From contig NZ_CP147990.1 of the NCBI RefSeq assembly GCF_037902255.1, forward strand, positions 1,260,001 to 1,292,000: a stretch of 32,000 nt of DNA, read 5' to 3'. Both the position numbers and the translations under genes were made by a program. Source of the DNA: Candidatus Electrothrix sp. GW3-4 (GTDB lineage: Bacteria > Desulfobacterota > Desulfobulbia > Desulfobulbales > Desulfobulbaceae). Below the pieces are notes generated by a model. The model was given only the letters and a program-made list of their open reading frames with translations. It was not told the origin of the DNA and searched no databases. Position 1 is the first letter of the stretch. Each line of letters begins with the position of its first letter. Below, piece after piece: positions 15,988-25,803 of this stretch.

Positions 15988-17511
15988 ATGTCGGGTGGAG
16001 AAAATTTAAAGCGTATACTTGATCAGATTTGTCGAGATAAAGGCATTGATCGCGCATTAATGGTAGATGCCATCGAGGAAGCTGTACGATCCGCAGTGCG
16101 AAAAAAATTCGGCGGTCGACGTGATATAGAGGTCCAGTTTAACGAAGAGCTTGGTGAAATTGAGGCCTTTCAGTATCGTACAGTGGTCGACGATGTTTGG
16201 GATGAGGATACTGAAATCCACATCGACGACGCAAGAGAGCTTGATCCAGATATTGAACTTGAGGATGATCTCGGCGAAAAAATGGAGAATATTGCCGAGC
16301 TTGGGCGTATTGCGGCGCAGTCTGCCAAACAGGTTATCATTCATCGCCTCAGAGATGCGGAGCGCGAAGTTGTTTTTGATATGTACCGTGACCGGGAAGG
16401 CTCCATAGTGAACGGCATTGTGCAGCGATTTGAACGTGGGAAGATGGTTGTCAATCTGGGCCGAACAGATGCCGTGTTACCCCGTGAAGGGCAGATCCCT
16501 AAAAGATCCTTTAAACAAGGGGATCGTATTCGTGCTTATCTTCAGGAGGTGCGCCAGGACGCCCGCGATTTTCAATTGGTCCTGAGTCGGACCTGTAATG
16601 AATTTTTGATCAAGCTGTTTGAGCTGGAAGTGCCAGAAATTTCTGAGCAGATTGTGAAAATTATGGGTGCGGCCCGCGAACCGGGATTTCGCGCCAAAAT
16701 TGCCGTCACCTCAACGGAATCTGATGTGGATCCTGTAGGCGCCTGTGTGGGAATGAAAGGTGCAAGGGTACAAAACGTGGTGGAAGAGCTGCAAGGGGAA
16801 CGTATTGATATTGTGCCCTGGAGCCCAGATCCGGCAAAATACGTCTATAATGCCTTGGCTCCGGCTGAAGTGAGTATGGTGATCGTGGATGAGGAGCAGC
16901 ATTCTCTGCTGGTTGTTGTCCCGGACGATCAGCTTTCGTTGGCCATAGGGCGGCAGGGGCAGAACGTGCGTCTTGCCTCCCGGCTGCTGAACTGGCGTAT
17001 TGACGTGAAGAGTGAACAGCGCTATGAAAATCTGAGCAAGCCCGAATATAAAACCCTGTTAGCCATCGATGGAGTTGACGAGGCAAGGGCGGATAAATTG
17101 CTTGGGGCGGGCATTCATTCAGCGGTAGAGTTTTCCGAAGCTGATATTGACACGATTATGCGACTTGTTGGCGTTGGCGAAGATCAGGCGGCTATGCTAA
17201 AATTGCAGGCTGCGGATATCCCTGTGCCGGAAGGCGGTGTAGCTGAGGAAGCTGAACGCCTTTTTTCTGCCCCAATTGAGCAAGAAGAAGAGGTGCCAGA
17301 GGATCAGAGAGGCAATGTCATCACGGAAAACAGCATGGAAGAAGAGCCCTCACCGCAGCAGAATGTCGCGAATGAGGTGGAAGATAAGGAGGCAATGCCT
17401 GGAAATAGGGTTGAGCCGGAAGATATGAAGGGGAATGTGCTGTCACAGCCTGCTCCAGAGCAGGAAATATCATCCTCGCACGACACTGTTGATGGTAATA
17501 GGCTGTCCTGA
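15988..17511 (+). CDS. nusA: Transcription termination/antitermination factor NusA
   Basis: 507 aa. The order is an N-terminal domain, an S1 domain (GSIVNGIVQRFERGKMVVNLG), two KH domains (DPVGACVGMKGARVQ, LAIGRQGQNVRLAS), one HhH-like repeat and an acidic low-complexity tail. Confidence 0.95.
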   Translation: MSGGENLKRILDQICRDKGIDRALMVDAIEEAVRSAVRKKFGGRRDIEVQFNEELGEIEAFQYRTVVDDVWDEDTEIHIDDARELDPDIELEDDLGEKMENIAELGRIAAQSAKQVIIHRLRDAEREVVFDMYRDREGSIVNGIVQRFERGKMVVNLGRTDAVLPREGQIPKRSFKQGDRIRAYLQEVRQDARDFQLVLSRTCNEFLIKLFELEVPEISEQIVKIMGAAREPGFRAKIAVTSTESDVDPVGACVGMKGARVQNVVEELQGERIDIVPWSPDPAKYVYNALAPAEVSMVIVDEEQHSLLVVVPDDQLSLAIGRQGQNVRLASRLLNWRIDVKSEQRYENLSKPEYKTLLAIDGVDEARADKLLGAGIHSAVEFSEADIDTIMRLVGVGEDQAAMLKLQAADIPVPEGGVAEEAERLFSAPIEQEEEVPEDQRGNVITENSMEEEPSPQQNVANEVEDKEAMPGNRVEPEDMKGNVLSQPAPEQEISSSHDTVDGNRLS

Positions 17512-17526
17512 AGCTGCGTAAGAAGC

Positions 17527-17760
17527 TTGAGAATCGAGGTGAAGCGGGGGCATGTCCCGATTCGCACCTGCAAAGGATGCGGACGGAAGGCAGAAAAGAG
17601 TGAGTTTATTCGCTTGGTATGGTGTGAGGGCGCCTTGCAGGAGGATTTGGACGGCAGAATGTCTGGTCGTGGGGTGTACAGCTGCAGCAATGAGCAGTGC
17701 AGAAATCGGCTGGCAAAACAGAAGAAAATGCTGAGGCGAGCATTTCGCCTTCATGGATAA
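17527..17760 (+). CDS. ylxR: YlxR/DUF448-family RNA-binding protein
   Basis: 77 aa containing [18 protein letters not shown] and GRGVY.C. It occupies the conserved position between nusA and infB. Confidence 0.8.
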   Translation: MRIEVKRGHVPIRTCKGCGRKAEKSEFIRLVWCEGALQEDLDGRMSGRGVYSCSNEQCRNRLAKQKKMLRRAFRLHG

Positions 17761-17824
17761 CTTAACGTGTAACTTAGAACTTGAGTTAACGCAATACCAA
17801 GAGAAAAGGTTACGGGAGTACTTG

Positions 17825-20503
17825 ATGAGCAGAGTCCGCATTTACGAACTGGCAAAAGAAGCCGGTCTCAAAAGCAAAGAGCTGGCAGATAAATTGATAG
17901 CAATGGGATATCCTATCAAGAGCCTCAGTTCTACGGTTGACGACGATATGGCTGCCGATATTCGCCGTAAAGTGTTGGGCAAGGCAACTGCTGAAGTTAC
18001 CGAAAAGCCGATAGGGATGAAAAAACAAACAGCTGTGGTACGAAAAAAGAAAAATGCAACAGTGGTTCGACGTCGTTCAAAAGCATTGAAAGATGAGATT
18101 GCCAAAAAGGCAGAAGCGAAAGAGCAGGACGGGAAAGACAAGGTGAGAGCAGCATTAAAAGATGAGGTCCCTGCGACAGCAGATACGGTATCGCAGCCGC
18201 TTGAAACGGAAGCGGAGCGTCCTGCTCAACAGCAAGCAGTGGAAGATACTATGGACGCTGCTGCCAAGGGCGATGGCAAAGAGGGAAAGGCTGGCACAGC
18301 AGAAGTAGCTGTGCAGAAAAACAATGAAACCAGTATCCAGAAAAAGACTTCGCCTAAAAAAGAAGTGAAGCGTGCCAAAGGGCTTGCCAAGATCGTTGGC
18401 CGGGTAGAGTTGAATCTTGAAGATACCGAGAAACCAGCACCGCGCCGTACTCCTCGGCCAGCAAGAGGAGCCAGAAAGGGCGGACAGGCCGAAGTGGATC
18501 CAGCTGTCCAGAATCCTGCATCGGCTGCCAGCCGGGGCAAGGACCGGAAGAAAAATAAGCGCGTTGTTGCGATAGAGTCGGAAAAGGAAAGTCGGGCCAA
18601 GAAAACCAGTAAGCCTGCCCGCAAAGGTCGTCAGCGGGTGGATTTTTCCTTGGGCGGTGGCGAGTATACACCGTACAGAGGACGGAGAAAGAAAGATAAG
18701 CGGCGCAAAAGCAAGATTTCTTCTACACCGGTAACAGAGAGTAAGGCCATTAAAAGGCGTATTAAGGTCTTTGAGAGCATCAACGTCGGTGACTTGGCCA
18801 AACGCATGGGGATTAAGGCCAATGAGGTTATCGCAAAGTTGATGGGACTCGGCGTTATGGCCACCCTGAATCAGGCCCTTGATCTGGATACAGCGACCTT
18901 GGTGGCAGCGGATTTTGGCTATGAAGTTGAGCAGGGGATGACCGAAGAGCTGGGGGTTGAGGCGCTGCAGGAAGGGGAAAAAGGGGGAGAAAAACTTCCT
19001 CGTTTTCCAGTGGTCACTGTTATGGGTCATGTTGACCACGGCAAGACCTCTATCCTGGATGCTATTCGGAGAACGGATGTTGCCGAGGGCGAGGCAGGTG
19101 GGATTACCCAGCATATTGGTGCCTATCATGTTCAGGCCCCGTCAGGAGATATCACCTTTGTTGACACCCCTGGCCATGCTGCTTTTACGGAAATGCGTTC
19201 CCGTGGTGCCAAGGTCACAGATATCGTGGTGCTGGTTGTTGCTGCTGACGACGGGGTCATGAATCAGACCAAGGAGGCCATTGCCCACGCTAAGGCGGCT
19301 GAGGTCCCCATTGTAGTAGCAATCAATAAGATTGATAAGGATAATGCTGACCCGTCCCGTGTTATTCGCGAGCTGGGTGACTTTGGCCTGATTCCTGAGG
19401 ACTGGGGTGGTGATACAATTTTTTGTGAAACCTCAGCAAAAAAAGGACTTGGTATTGAGGCGTTGCTTGAGAATGTTCAGTTGCAGGCTGAGGTTCTTGA
19501 ATTAACAGCAGATCCAAATCGAAAAGCCCAGGGAACCGTGATTGAGGCCCAACTGCATAAAGGGAGGGGCTCTGTTGCAACGGTGCTGGTACAGGAAGGA
19601 ACCCTGCGCACTGGCGAATATTTTATTGCAGGGCAATACAGCGGTAAGGTGCGCTCTCTGATTAATGATCGGGGAGAACAGGTTGATGAAGCAGGACCTT
19701 CCCTCCCTGTTGAGGTGCAGGGGCTATCCGGTGTACCACAGGCTGGCGACGAGTTTTTAGTGGTCACGGATGAGAAAATGGCGAAATCTGTTTCCGATGC
19801 CCGCCAGCTCAAGGTTCGTGAGTCAGAATTGGCGTCTGCCTCCAAGGTCTCTTTGGATAATCTCTTTGAGAAGATGGCTGAGCAGGAGATGAAGGAACTG
19901 CGGGTTGTGCTTCGTTCCGATGTTCAGGGAACATTACAGGCTTTTGGCCAGGCAGCAGAAAAATTATCCACTGATGTTATTCGGGTACGGGTGCTTCATG
20001 AGGGGACCGGTGCGGTCACGGAAAATGATATCCATCTTGCTTCTGCATCTGATGCAATTATTATCGGATTTAATGTCCGTCCTTCGGTTAAGGTGAAGGA
20101 GCTTGCTGAACAGGAGCAGGTTGATATCCGGACTTACGATGTTATCTATCATGCCCTGGAAGATATTGAAAAGGCGATGGTGGGTATGCTTGAGCCGGAG
20201 TATGAAGAGCGTGTTATCGGTACTGCTGAGGTCCGGGATACCTTTTCCGTACCCAAGATTGGAACTATTGCTGGTTGCTTTGTTATCGATGGCAAGATTG
20301 AGCGCAACGCAGGCATTCGGGTTCTGCGCGACTCCGTTGTCATATACACGGGTGTTATCAGCTCACTCAGGCGCTTCAAAGACGATGTCAAAGAAGTGGC
20401 CACGGGCTACGAGTGTGGAATCGGGGTGGAGAATTACAACGATATTAAGGTCGGTGACACCCTTGAGGCCTTTCTCATGGACGAGGTCGAGGCAACACTC
20501 TAA
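17825..20503 (+). CDS. infB: Translation initiation factor IF-2
   Basis: The ORF track starts at 17753. The conserved IF2 N-domain [20 protein letters not shown] starts at ATG 17825, 7 nt after GGGAG. The G-domain motifs are [14 protein letters not shown] and NKID, and the C-terminal domains are intact. Confidence 0.95.
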   Translation: MSRVRIYELAKEAGLKSKELADKLIAMGYPIKSLSSTVDDDMAADIRRKVLGKATAEVTEKPIGMKKQTAVVRKKKNATVVRRRSKALKDEIAKKAEAKEQDGKDKVRAALKDEVPATADTVSQPLETEAERPAQQQAVEDTMDAAAKGDGKEGKAGTAEVAVQKNNETSIQKKTSPKKEVKRAKGLAKIVGRVELNLEDTEKPAPRRTPRPARGARKGGQAEVDPAVQNPASAASRGKDRKKNKRVVAIESEKESRAKKTSKPARKGRQRVDFSLGGGEYTPYRGRRKKDKRRKSKISSTPVTESKAIKRRIKVFESINVGDLAKRMGIKANEVIAKLMGLGVMATLNQALDLDTATLVAADFGYEVEQGMTEELGVEALQEGEKGGEKLPRFPVVTVMGHVDHGKTSILDAIRRTDVAEGEAGGITQHIGAYHVQAPSGDITFVDTPGHAAFTEMRSRGAKVTDIVVLVVAADDGVMNQTKEAIAHAKAAEVPIVVAINKIDKDNADPSRVIRELGDFGLIPEDWGGDTIFCETSAKKGLGIEALLENVQLQAEVLELTADPNRKAQGTVIEAQLHKGRGSVATVLVQEGTLRTGEYFIAGQYSGKVRSLINDRGEQVDEAGPSLPVEVQGLSGVPQAGDEFLVVTDEKMAKSVSDARQLKVRESELASASKVSLDNLFEKMAEQEMKELRVVLRSDVQGTLQAFGQAAEKLSTDVIRVRVLHEGTGAVTENDIHLASASDAIIIGFNVRPSVKVKELAEQEQVDIRTYDVIYHALEDIEKAMVGMLEPEYEERVIGTAEVRDTFSVPKIGTIAGCFVIDGKIERNAGIRVLRDSVVIYTGVISSLRRFKDDVKEVATGYECGIGVENYNDIKVGDTLEAFLMDEVEATL

Positions 20504-20541
20504 TTTGGCAGCAGGCTGGCAAGAATTTTAAGGCGGAACGC

Positions 20542-20934
20542 ATGGAATTTGATTTTAATCTCCCAGGGCTCGGACGACCAAAAAGCTCGCGCCCTGAACG
20601 GGTTGCTGAGGCAATTCATCAGGAGCTCTCTATCCTGCTGCAACAAAAGGTCCGTGATTCCAGGTTAAGCGGGGTCTGTATCTCCAAGGTGCAGATGTCA
20701 CCTGATTTGAAACGGGCCAAGGTCTATTATTCGATTCTTGAAGGCAGCTCTGGGGCAGCAGCTCGAAAGGGTATGGAACGGGCAAAAGGTTTTTTTCGTT
20801 CGCATATCGCCAAGACAATGAACCTGCGCTACACGCCTGATCTCGTTTTTTACCTTGATCATCAGTATAAAGAGATTGAGCGACTTGATCAGCTTTTTGT
20901 CCAGATCAATCAGGAACGAAAAGAGAAAGAGTAA
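20542..20934 (+). CDS. rbfA: Ribosome-binding factor A
   Basis: 130 aa containing RPERVAEAIHQELSILL...DSRL and YTPDLVFYLD. It occupies the conserved position after infB. Confidence 0.9.
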   Translation: MEFDFNLPGLGRPKSSRPERVAEAIHQELSILLQQKVRDSRLSGVCISKVQMSPDLKRAKVYYSILEGSSGAAARKGMERAKGFFRSHIAKTMNLRYTPDLVFYLDHQYKEIERLDQLFVQINQERKEKE

Positions 20935-20941
20935 GGTGACG

Positions 20942-21952
20942 ATGAGAACAGCTGCTCAGGCCATTGCATCTACCAGCAATTTCGTCCTTGCCACCCATGT
21001 CAGACCGGACGGCGATGCCCTTGGGTCCATGTTTGGCTTGGCCCATATCCTTAAGATGATGGGCAAGGAGGTGTGTTGCTATCTTGAACAGCCTGTTGCT
21101 GATGTGTACATTTTTCTGGCCAGCCCTGTTTCTATTGAAACGGATTTTGCTCGTGTTTCCGCCTTTGCCAGTCAATGCAGTGATGATATTATGGGGATCG
21201 CTTTGGACTGCGGTGACCTGGGACGATTAGGAGACAACGGGACTGAGCTGAGCACGATCCAACCCTTTTTGGTTATTGATCATCATCAGGGGAATAAGGG
21301 TTTTGGTGATCTGCACTGGGTGGAGCCGCATCGCTCGTCCACTGGCGAGATGATTTACGATCTGGCCGAAGAACTGGGCGTTGCAGATGAACTGTCCAGA
21401 GAGGCCGCAGAATGCCTCTACACGGCCATTGTTACCGATACCGGCTCATTTCGTTATGAATCCACCACAGGGCATACCTTTGCCGTTGCTGGAAAATTGA
21501 TAGATCGGGGAGTGACGCCTGCCTCTGTTTGCCAAAGGCTCTTTGATAATGCTTCCTTTGCCAGTTTGCAGCTGACCCAGGCCGTTCTTGCTAGCCTACA
21601 AACCTATCTTGATAATCAGGTCGCGGTGGTCCGGGTGACCCGGCAGATGTTGCAAGAGACCGGAGCAAACTATGAGGATGCTGAGGGCCTGATTAATTTC
21701 CCCCGCTCTGTGAAAGAGGTCAGAGTTGCTGTCATTATGAAAGAGGGAGAGCCAGGGACTGATCAGATTTCTGTCAGTCTGCGAGCCAAGGGTGATTGTG
21801 ATGTTGCTGAGGTGGCTTCCCAGTTTTCCGGGGGTGGGCATCGCAATGCAGCTGGTTGCCGGGTTCTGGGAAAGACCATGGATGAGGTCTGTAGCATGTT
21901 GCTTCCGGTCCTTGAGCAGGCTTTAGAGCAAAAAAAGAACAAACAGGTATGA
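20942..21952 (+). CDS. nrnA: DHH/DHHA1 phosphoesterase (NrnA-like oligoribonuclease/pAp phosphatase)
   Basis: The start is ATG 20942 after AAGGTGA; the longer ORF from 20855 overlaps rbfA. Motifs are HVRPDGDALGS, VIDHHQGN and GGGHRNAAG. Confidence 0.85.
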   Translation: MRTAAQAIASTSNFVLATHVRPDGDALGSMFGLAHILKMMGKEVCCYLEQPVADVYIFLASPVSIETDFARVSAFASQCSDDIMGIALDCGDLGRLGDNGTELSTIQPFLVIDHHQGNKGFGDLHWVEPHRSSTGEMIYDLAEELGVADELSREAAECLYTAIVTDTGSFRYESTTGHTFAVAGKLIDRGVTPASVCQRLFDNASFASLQLTQAVLASLQTYLDNQVAVVRVTRQMLQETGANYEDAEGLINFPRSVKEVRVAVIMKEGEPGTDQISVSLRAKGDCDVAEVASQFSGGGHRNAAGCRVLGKTMDEVCSMLLPVLEQALEQKKNKQV

Positions 21953-21961
21953 TAGAAAAAT

Positions 21962-22762
21962 ATGACAGAAAAAATACCTGTTGTTACTCAAAACGGGCAG
22001 GAGACAGGCGCTGGCGTCCTGCTTATTGATAAGCCTGTGGGGCAGAGTTCCTTTGCTGTGGTCAAGAAGGTGCGCTGGTTGCTGGGGGTGAAAAAGGTCG
22101 GACATGCCGGGACGTTGGACCCTTTTGCCAGTGGATTGCTGGTTATCTGTGTTGGCCGCCCAGCGACCCGTCAGATCAGTGCCTTTATGAACGGTCGCAA
22201 GACCTATCATGCGGTGTTACAGCTGGGGCGAGAAACCGAAACCCAGGATCCTGAAGGGAAGGTTATATCGGTCAGGCCGGTGCCCTCTCTGTCTCTTGGA
22301 GAGATAAGGACGGTAACAGATGCGTTTGTTGGTCCACAAATGCAGGCACCACCGCCCTACTCAGCAGCCAAACATAAGGGTAAACCTCTGTATCATTATG
22401 CCCGTCAAGGGATTCTGATTGAGAAGGATGCCAAATCCATAGAGATCTTTTCTTTGCAGGTGGAAGAGTACGATCCTGTCTGCGAGCAAGTACAGATAAT
22501 GGTTACGTGTAGCAAGGGAACCTATATCAGGGTGCTTGCCGCCGATATAGGGAAGAAGCTCGGCTGCGGTGCCTATCTCACAGCCCTGCGCCGTACTCAG
22601 AGCGGCGGCTTTGCTGTTGGTGATGCCGTTGTTAATGGAGAGGACTTGTTCAGCCATGATTACAAGAACGATAATAAGGATGCCGGTGCTGAACTGTTGC
22701 TGAGCAAAATGTTCAGCGTTGAGCAGGCCTTGGCATGCCACTCTCCGCAGGAGAACGGGTAA
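21962..22762 (+). CDS. truB: tRNA pseudouridine(55) synthase
   Basis: GVLLIDKPVGQSS and the catalytic-Asp motif GHAGTLDPFASGLL are present. Confidence 0.92.
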   Translation: MTEKIPVVTQNGQETGAGVLLIDKPVGQSSFAVVKKVRWLLGVKKVGHAGTLDPFASGLLVICVGRPATRQISAFMNGRKTYHAVLQLGRETETQDPEGKVISVRPVPSLSLGEIRTVTDAFVGPQMQAPPPYSAAKHKGKPLYHYARQGILIEKDAKSIEIFSLQVEEYDPVCEQVQIMVTCSKGTYIRVLAADIGKKLGCGAYLTALRRTQSGGFAVGDAVVNGEDLFSHDYKNDNKDAGAELLLSKMFSVEQALACHSPQENG

Positions 22763-22923
22763 AAAGAGACATGCATTTTCGCAAAGGGCGGAAATGGTGC
22801 ATTGCTTCCCATATCTTTTTCCTCGGATATGGCAGAACGGAGCAATTTGATTCCAGACTTTGGCGAGGCTGAGGAAAATATGGCTTTGCCGATAGCGGAA
22901 GGACAACATTTTGGAGGTGCGTA

Positions 22924-23193
22924 ATGGCACAGAGTACAGTAAAAAAAGAAGAGATTATCAAGAAGTTTGCAACCCACGAAGGGGATACTGGTTCTCCAGA
23001 GGTCCAGATCGCCTTGATTTCTGACCGGATTACCTATCTGACCGACCATTTTAAGACCCACGCCAAGGATCATCATTCCCGTCGTGGTCTGTTGAAGCTG
23101 GTTGGGCAGCGCCGCAGCCTGCTGCAATATCTGAAGAAGAAAGATATCAACCGGTATCGAACCCTGATTCAGGAATTGGGTATCAGGAAATAA
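22924..23193 (+). CDS. rpsO: 30S ribosomal protein S15
   Basis: 89 aa containing [45 protein letters not shown] precedes the ATG. Confidence 0.95.
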   Translation: MAQSTVKKEEIIKKFATHEGDTGSPEVQIALISDRITYLTDHFKTHAKDHHSRRGLLKLVGQRRSLLQYLKKKDINRYRTLIQELGIRK

Positions 23194-23203
23194 CACACAC
23201 CGA

Positions 23204-23286
23204 GTTGCGATATTTTTGATGCAGTAAAATTTTTCCTGTTATGCTTTGTAGTGTAGCAGGAAAAATTTAGTGATATCAAAAGCAAC
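23204..23286 (+). promoter_or_regulatory. Long imperfect hairpin in the rpsO-pnp intergenic leader
   Basis: GTTGC...TTTTGAT...AAATTTTTCCTG (23204-23238) pairs with CAGGAAAAATTT...ATCAAAA..GCAAC (23257-23286). The apical 12 bp are perfect. Confidence 0.55.
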
Positions 23287-23532
23287 TAGTGTGGTCCCTC
23301 CCAAAAAGCAAAGATACGTTCCAGCCTCTTACAAAGCTTTTGCTGAGCCGTGGAGTCTTATGACCAAAAGATACCAGGATCAGGCTCTCCCATATATTAA
23401 ATTATCAAGCTGAAAAAATAATACAAAAGATCCGACAGGCGGGTCTGAGAAGAAACACTGTCCCGAGCAGGTAACGTCGTTGCTCAAAAAAATGTGAATG
23501 CAGCCGGGATAGCTGAACGCAAAGGAGTTTGC

Positions 23533-25620
23533 ATGTATACAAAGAAAGAAGTCGAGATCGGTGGACGCACTCTGTCCTTTGAGACCGGCAAGATGGCAAA
23601 ACAGACCAGTGGTTCCGTTGTGGTGACTTGCGGCGATACCATGGTTCTTGTCACAGTGGTTGCGGAGAAAGGTATAAAAGATGTTGGTTTCCTGCCGTTA
23701 ACCATTGAATACCAGGAGCGCATGTATGCTGCCGGACGTATTCCGGGCAATTATTTTCGTCGGGAGATCGGTCGTCCTTCGGAAAAGGAAATACTGACCT
23801 GCCGACTTATTGATCGTCCTTTGCGTCCGCTTTTTCCCAAAGGGTATATGTCTGAAACCCAGCTGATTGCCACGGTCTTTTCAGCGGATCAGGAGATCGA
23901 CCCGGATATCCTGGCCATGAACGGTGCCTCTGCGGCCTTGATCCTTTCTGATGTCCCCTGGGCAGGGCCTGTGGCTTCAGCCAGAGTCGCCTACATCAAT
24001 GATGAATATGTCCTGAATCCCACTGTCAGCCAGCTGGAGAAATCCGCCATGAATTTGGTAGTTGCCGGGACCGAGTCAGCTGTGGTTATGGTGGAAGGTC
24101 GTACTGGCGAGCTCAGTGAGGACGTGGTCCTTGAGGCGATCTTTTTCGCACACCAGGAAATTCAGCCGATTATTGCTATGCAGAAGGCCTTGCAGGAAGA
24201 GGTAGGAAAGGCGAAACGTGAAGTTACACCTCCTGTAGTCAACGAGTCCCTGAAAGCCAAGGTGGAAGAGCTTGCCGCTGTTGGTATGGAAGAGGTCGTT
24301 ACTCTTGCTGGTAAGATTGAGCGCGGTGCTCGCTATGACCAGCTGAAGGACGAGGTGCTGGCTGCGCTTGATGAGGAACTGTACGAGAGCGAAGGTGAAG
24401 TCTTTAGCCTCCTGGGTGCATACAAGAAAAGTATTATGCGTGACCGGATTGTGAACAAGGGCTTGCGTCTGGACGGACGCAGCTTTGATCAGGTCCGCCC
24501 CATAGAATGTGAAGTTGGTGTCTTGCCTAAGGCCCACGGATCTGCGCTGTTCACCCGAGGGGAGACCCAGGCGATGGTCATTGGTACGCTGGGTTCTGAG
24601 CGCGATGAACTGCATGTGGAAGGCCTGACTGGCGATAATTACCGCCGCTTTATGATGCATTATAATTTCCCGCCTTTCTGCGTGGGCGAGGCTCGTATGA
24701 TGCGTGGTCCCAGTCGTCGTGATATTGGACATGGTACCTTGGCCCGGCGTGGTATTGAAACTGTCCTGCCTGATGCAGCAGATTTTCCCTACACCATGCG
24801 GGTGGCCTCTGAGATCCTGGAGTCCAACGGTTCTTCTTCTATGGCCACGGTCTGCGGGGCAAGCCTTGCCCTGATGGATGCTGGCGTGCCTATTAAGGCC
24901 CCGGTCTCCGGTGTTGCTATGGGCCTGATTAAAGAGGGCGATAAGGTGGTTGTGCTCACCGATATCCTTGGTGATGAGGATCATCTTGGTGATATGGACT
25001 TCAAGGTTGTGGGTACGGCTGAGGGGATTTCTTCGCTCCAGATGGATATCAAGATTGACGGGGTTGATCGCGAGATTATGGCCAGTGCCTTGGCTCAGGC
25101 CAAAGCAGGCCGTCTCCATATTCTGAGTAAGATGGAAGAGGCCATCGGTATTCCGCGCAAGAGCGTTGCTGATCATGCGCCGAAATATGTCACCATAAAG
25201 ATCAATCAGGATAAGATTCGTGATATCATCGGCCCGGGTGGTAAAGTGATTCGGGAGATGACCACAGAGTTTGATTCCAAGATTGATGTGGACGATGATG
25301 GCACTATTAAGATTTTCTCCAAGAGCACGGAATCAGCTGAGGCCTTGGTTGCCCATATTGAAGGCATGACGGCTATGCCGGAGATCGGCAAGGTCTATAA
25401 CGGTCTTGTCAAGACCATTAAGGATTTCGGCGCCTTTGTGGAGATTTTGCCAGGTACTGACGGAATGGTTCATATCTCCGAGCTGGCTGACCGGCGCGTC
25501 AATAAGGTCACTGATGTTCTTGAAGAAGGCGAGCAGGTCAAGGTTAAGGTGATTGATATTGACGGACGTGGACGTATTCGCTTGAGCCGGAAGGCTGCCC
25601 TGGAAGAAGGGGAAGAGTAG
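23533..25620 (+). CDS. pnp: Polyribonucleotide nucleotidyltransferase (PNPase)
   Basis: The start is ATG 23533 after AAAGGAG; the ORF track begins at 23494. It has two RNase PH domains, a KH domain and an S1 domain (GKVYNGLVKTIKDFGAFVEILPGTDGMVHISEL). Confidence 0.95.
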   Translation: MYTKKEVEIGGRTLSFETGKMAKQTSGSVVVTCGDTMVLVTVVAEKGIKDVGFLPLTIEYQERMYAAGRIPGNYFRREIGRPSEKEILTCRLIDRPLRPLFPKGYMSETQLIATVFSADQEIDPDILAMNGASAALILSDVPWAGPVASARVAYINDEYVLNPTVSQLEKSAMNLVVAGTESAVVMVEGRTGELSEDVVLEAIFFAHQEIQPIIAMQKALQEEVGKAKREVTPPVVNESLKAKVEELAAVGMEEVVTLAGKIERGARYDQLKDEVLAALDEELYESEGEVFSLLGAYKKSIMRDRIVNKGLRLDGRSFDQVRPIECEVGVLPKAHGSALFTRGETQAMVIGTLGSERDELHVEGLTGDNYRRFMMHYNFPPFCVGEARMMRGPSRRDIGHGTLARRGIETVLPDAADFPYTMRVASEILESNGSSSMATVCGASLALMDAGVPIKAPVSGVAMGLIKEGDKVVVLTDILGDEDHLGDMDFKVVGTAEGISSLQMDIKIDGVDREIMASALAQAKAGRLHILSKMEEAIGIPRKSVADHAPKYVTIKINQDKIRDIIGPGGKVIREMTTEFDSKIDVDDDGTIKIFSKSTESAEALVAHIEGMTAMPEIGKVYNGLVKTIKDFGAFVEILPGTDGMVHISELADRRVNKVTDVLEEGEQVKVKVIDIDGRGRIRLSRKAALEEGEE

Positions 25621-25677
25621 ACCTTATAAAATTTTAAGGAAAAGAAGGTAGGATACGATTGATGATCGTATTGTTTT

Positions 25678-25740
25678 CCGCTCGCTGTTGCTGAGGATCT
25701 CCTGAGGGTATCCACTAGGCAACGGCAGCGGATTTTTTTT
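25678..25740 (+). terminator. Strong rho-independent terminator after pnp
   Basis: CCGCTCGCTGTTGC (25678-25691) pairs with GCAACGGCAGCGG (25719-25731), giving 13 pairs with one bulge, followed by T8 (25733-25740). Confidence 0.75.
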
Positions 25741-25803
25741 GTGAGCGGGAAGGGGATGGACGAACGGGAGCAGTGCCGCATGGGCCAGCTCAGGAAACGG
25801 AAA

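Noticed and set aside
18155-19129. 324-aa ORF antisense to infB, plus the nested ORFs 18226..18624 and 18354..18671
   Set aside because: It is a shadow of the infB coding frame, which has clear GTPase motifs. It has no SD and no recognisable protein features.
24076-25176. 366-aa ORF antisense to pnp
   Set aside because: It lies entirely inside the well-supported PNPase frame. Its product is low-complexity and H/R/L-rich with no motifs. This is a typical shadow ORF of a GC-biased coding strand.
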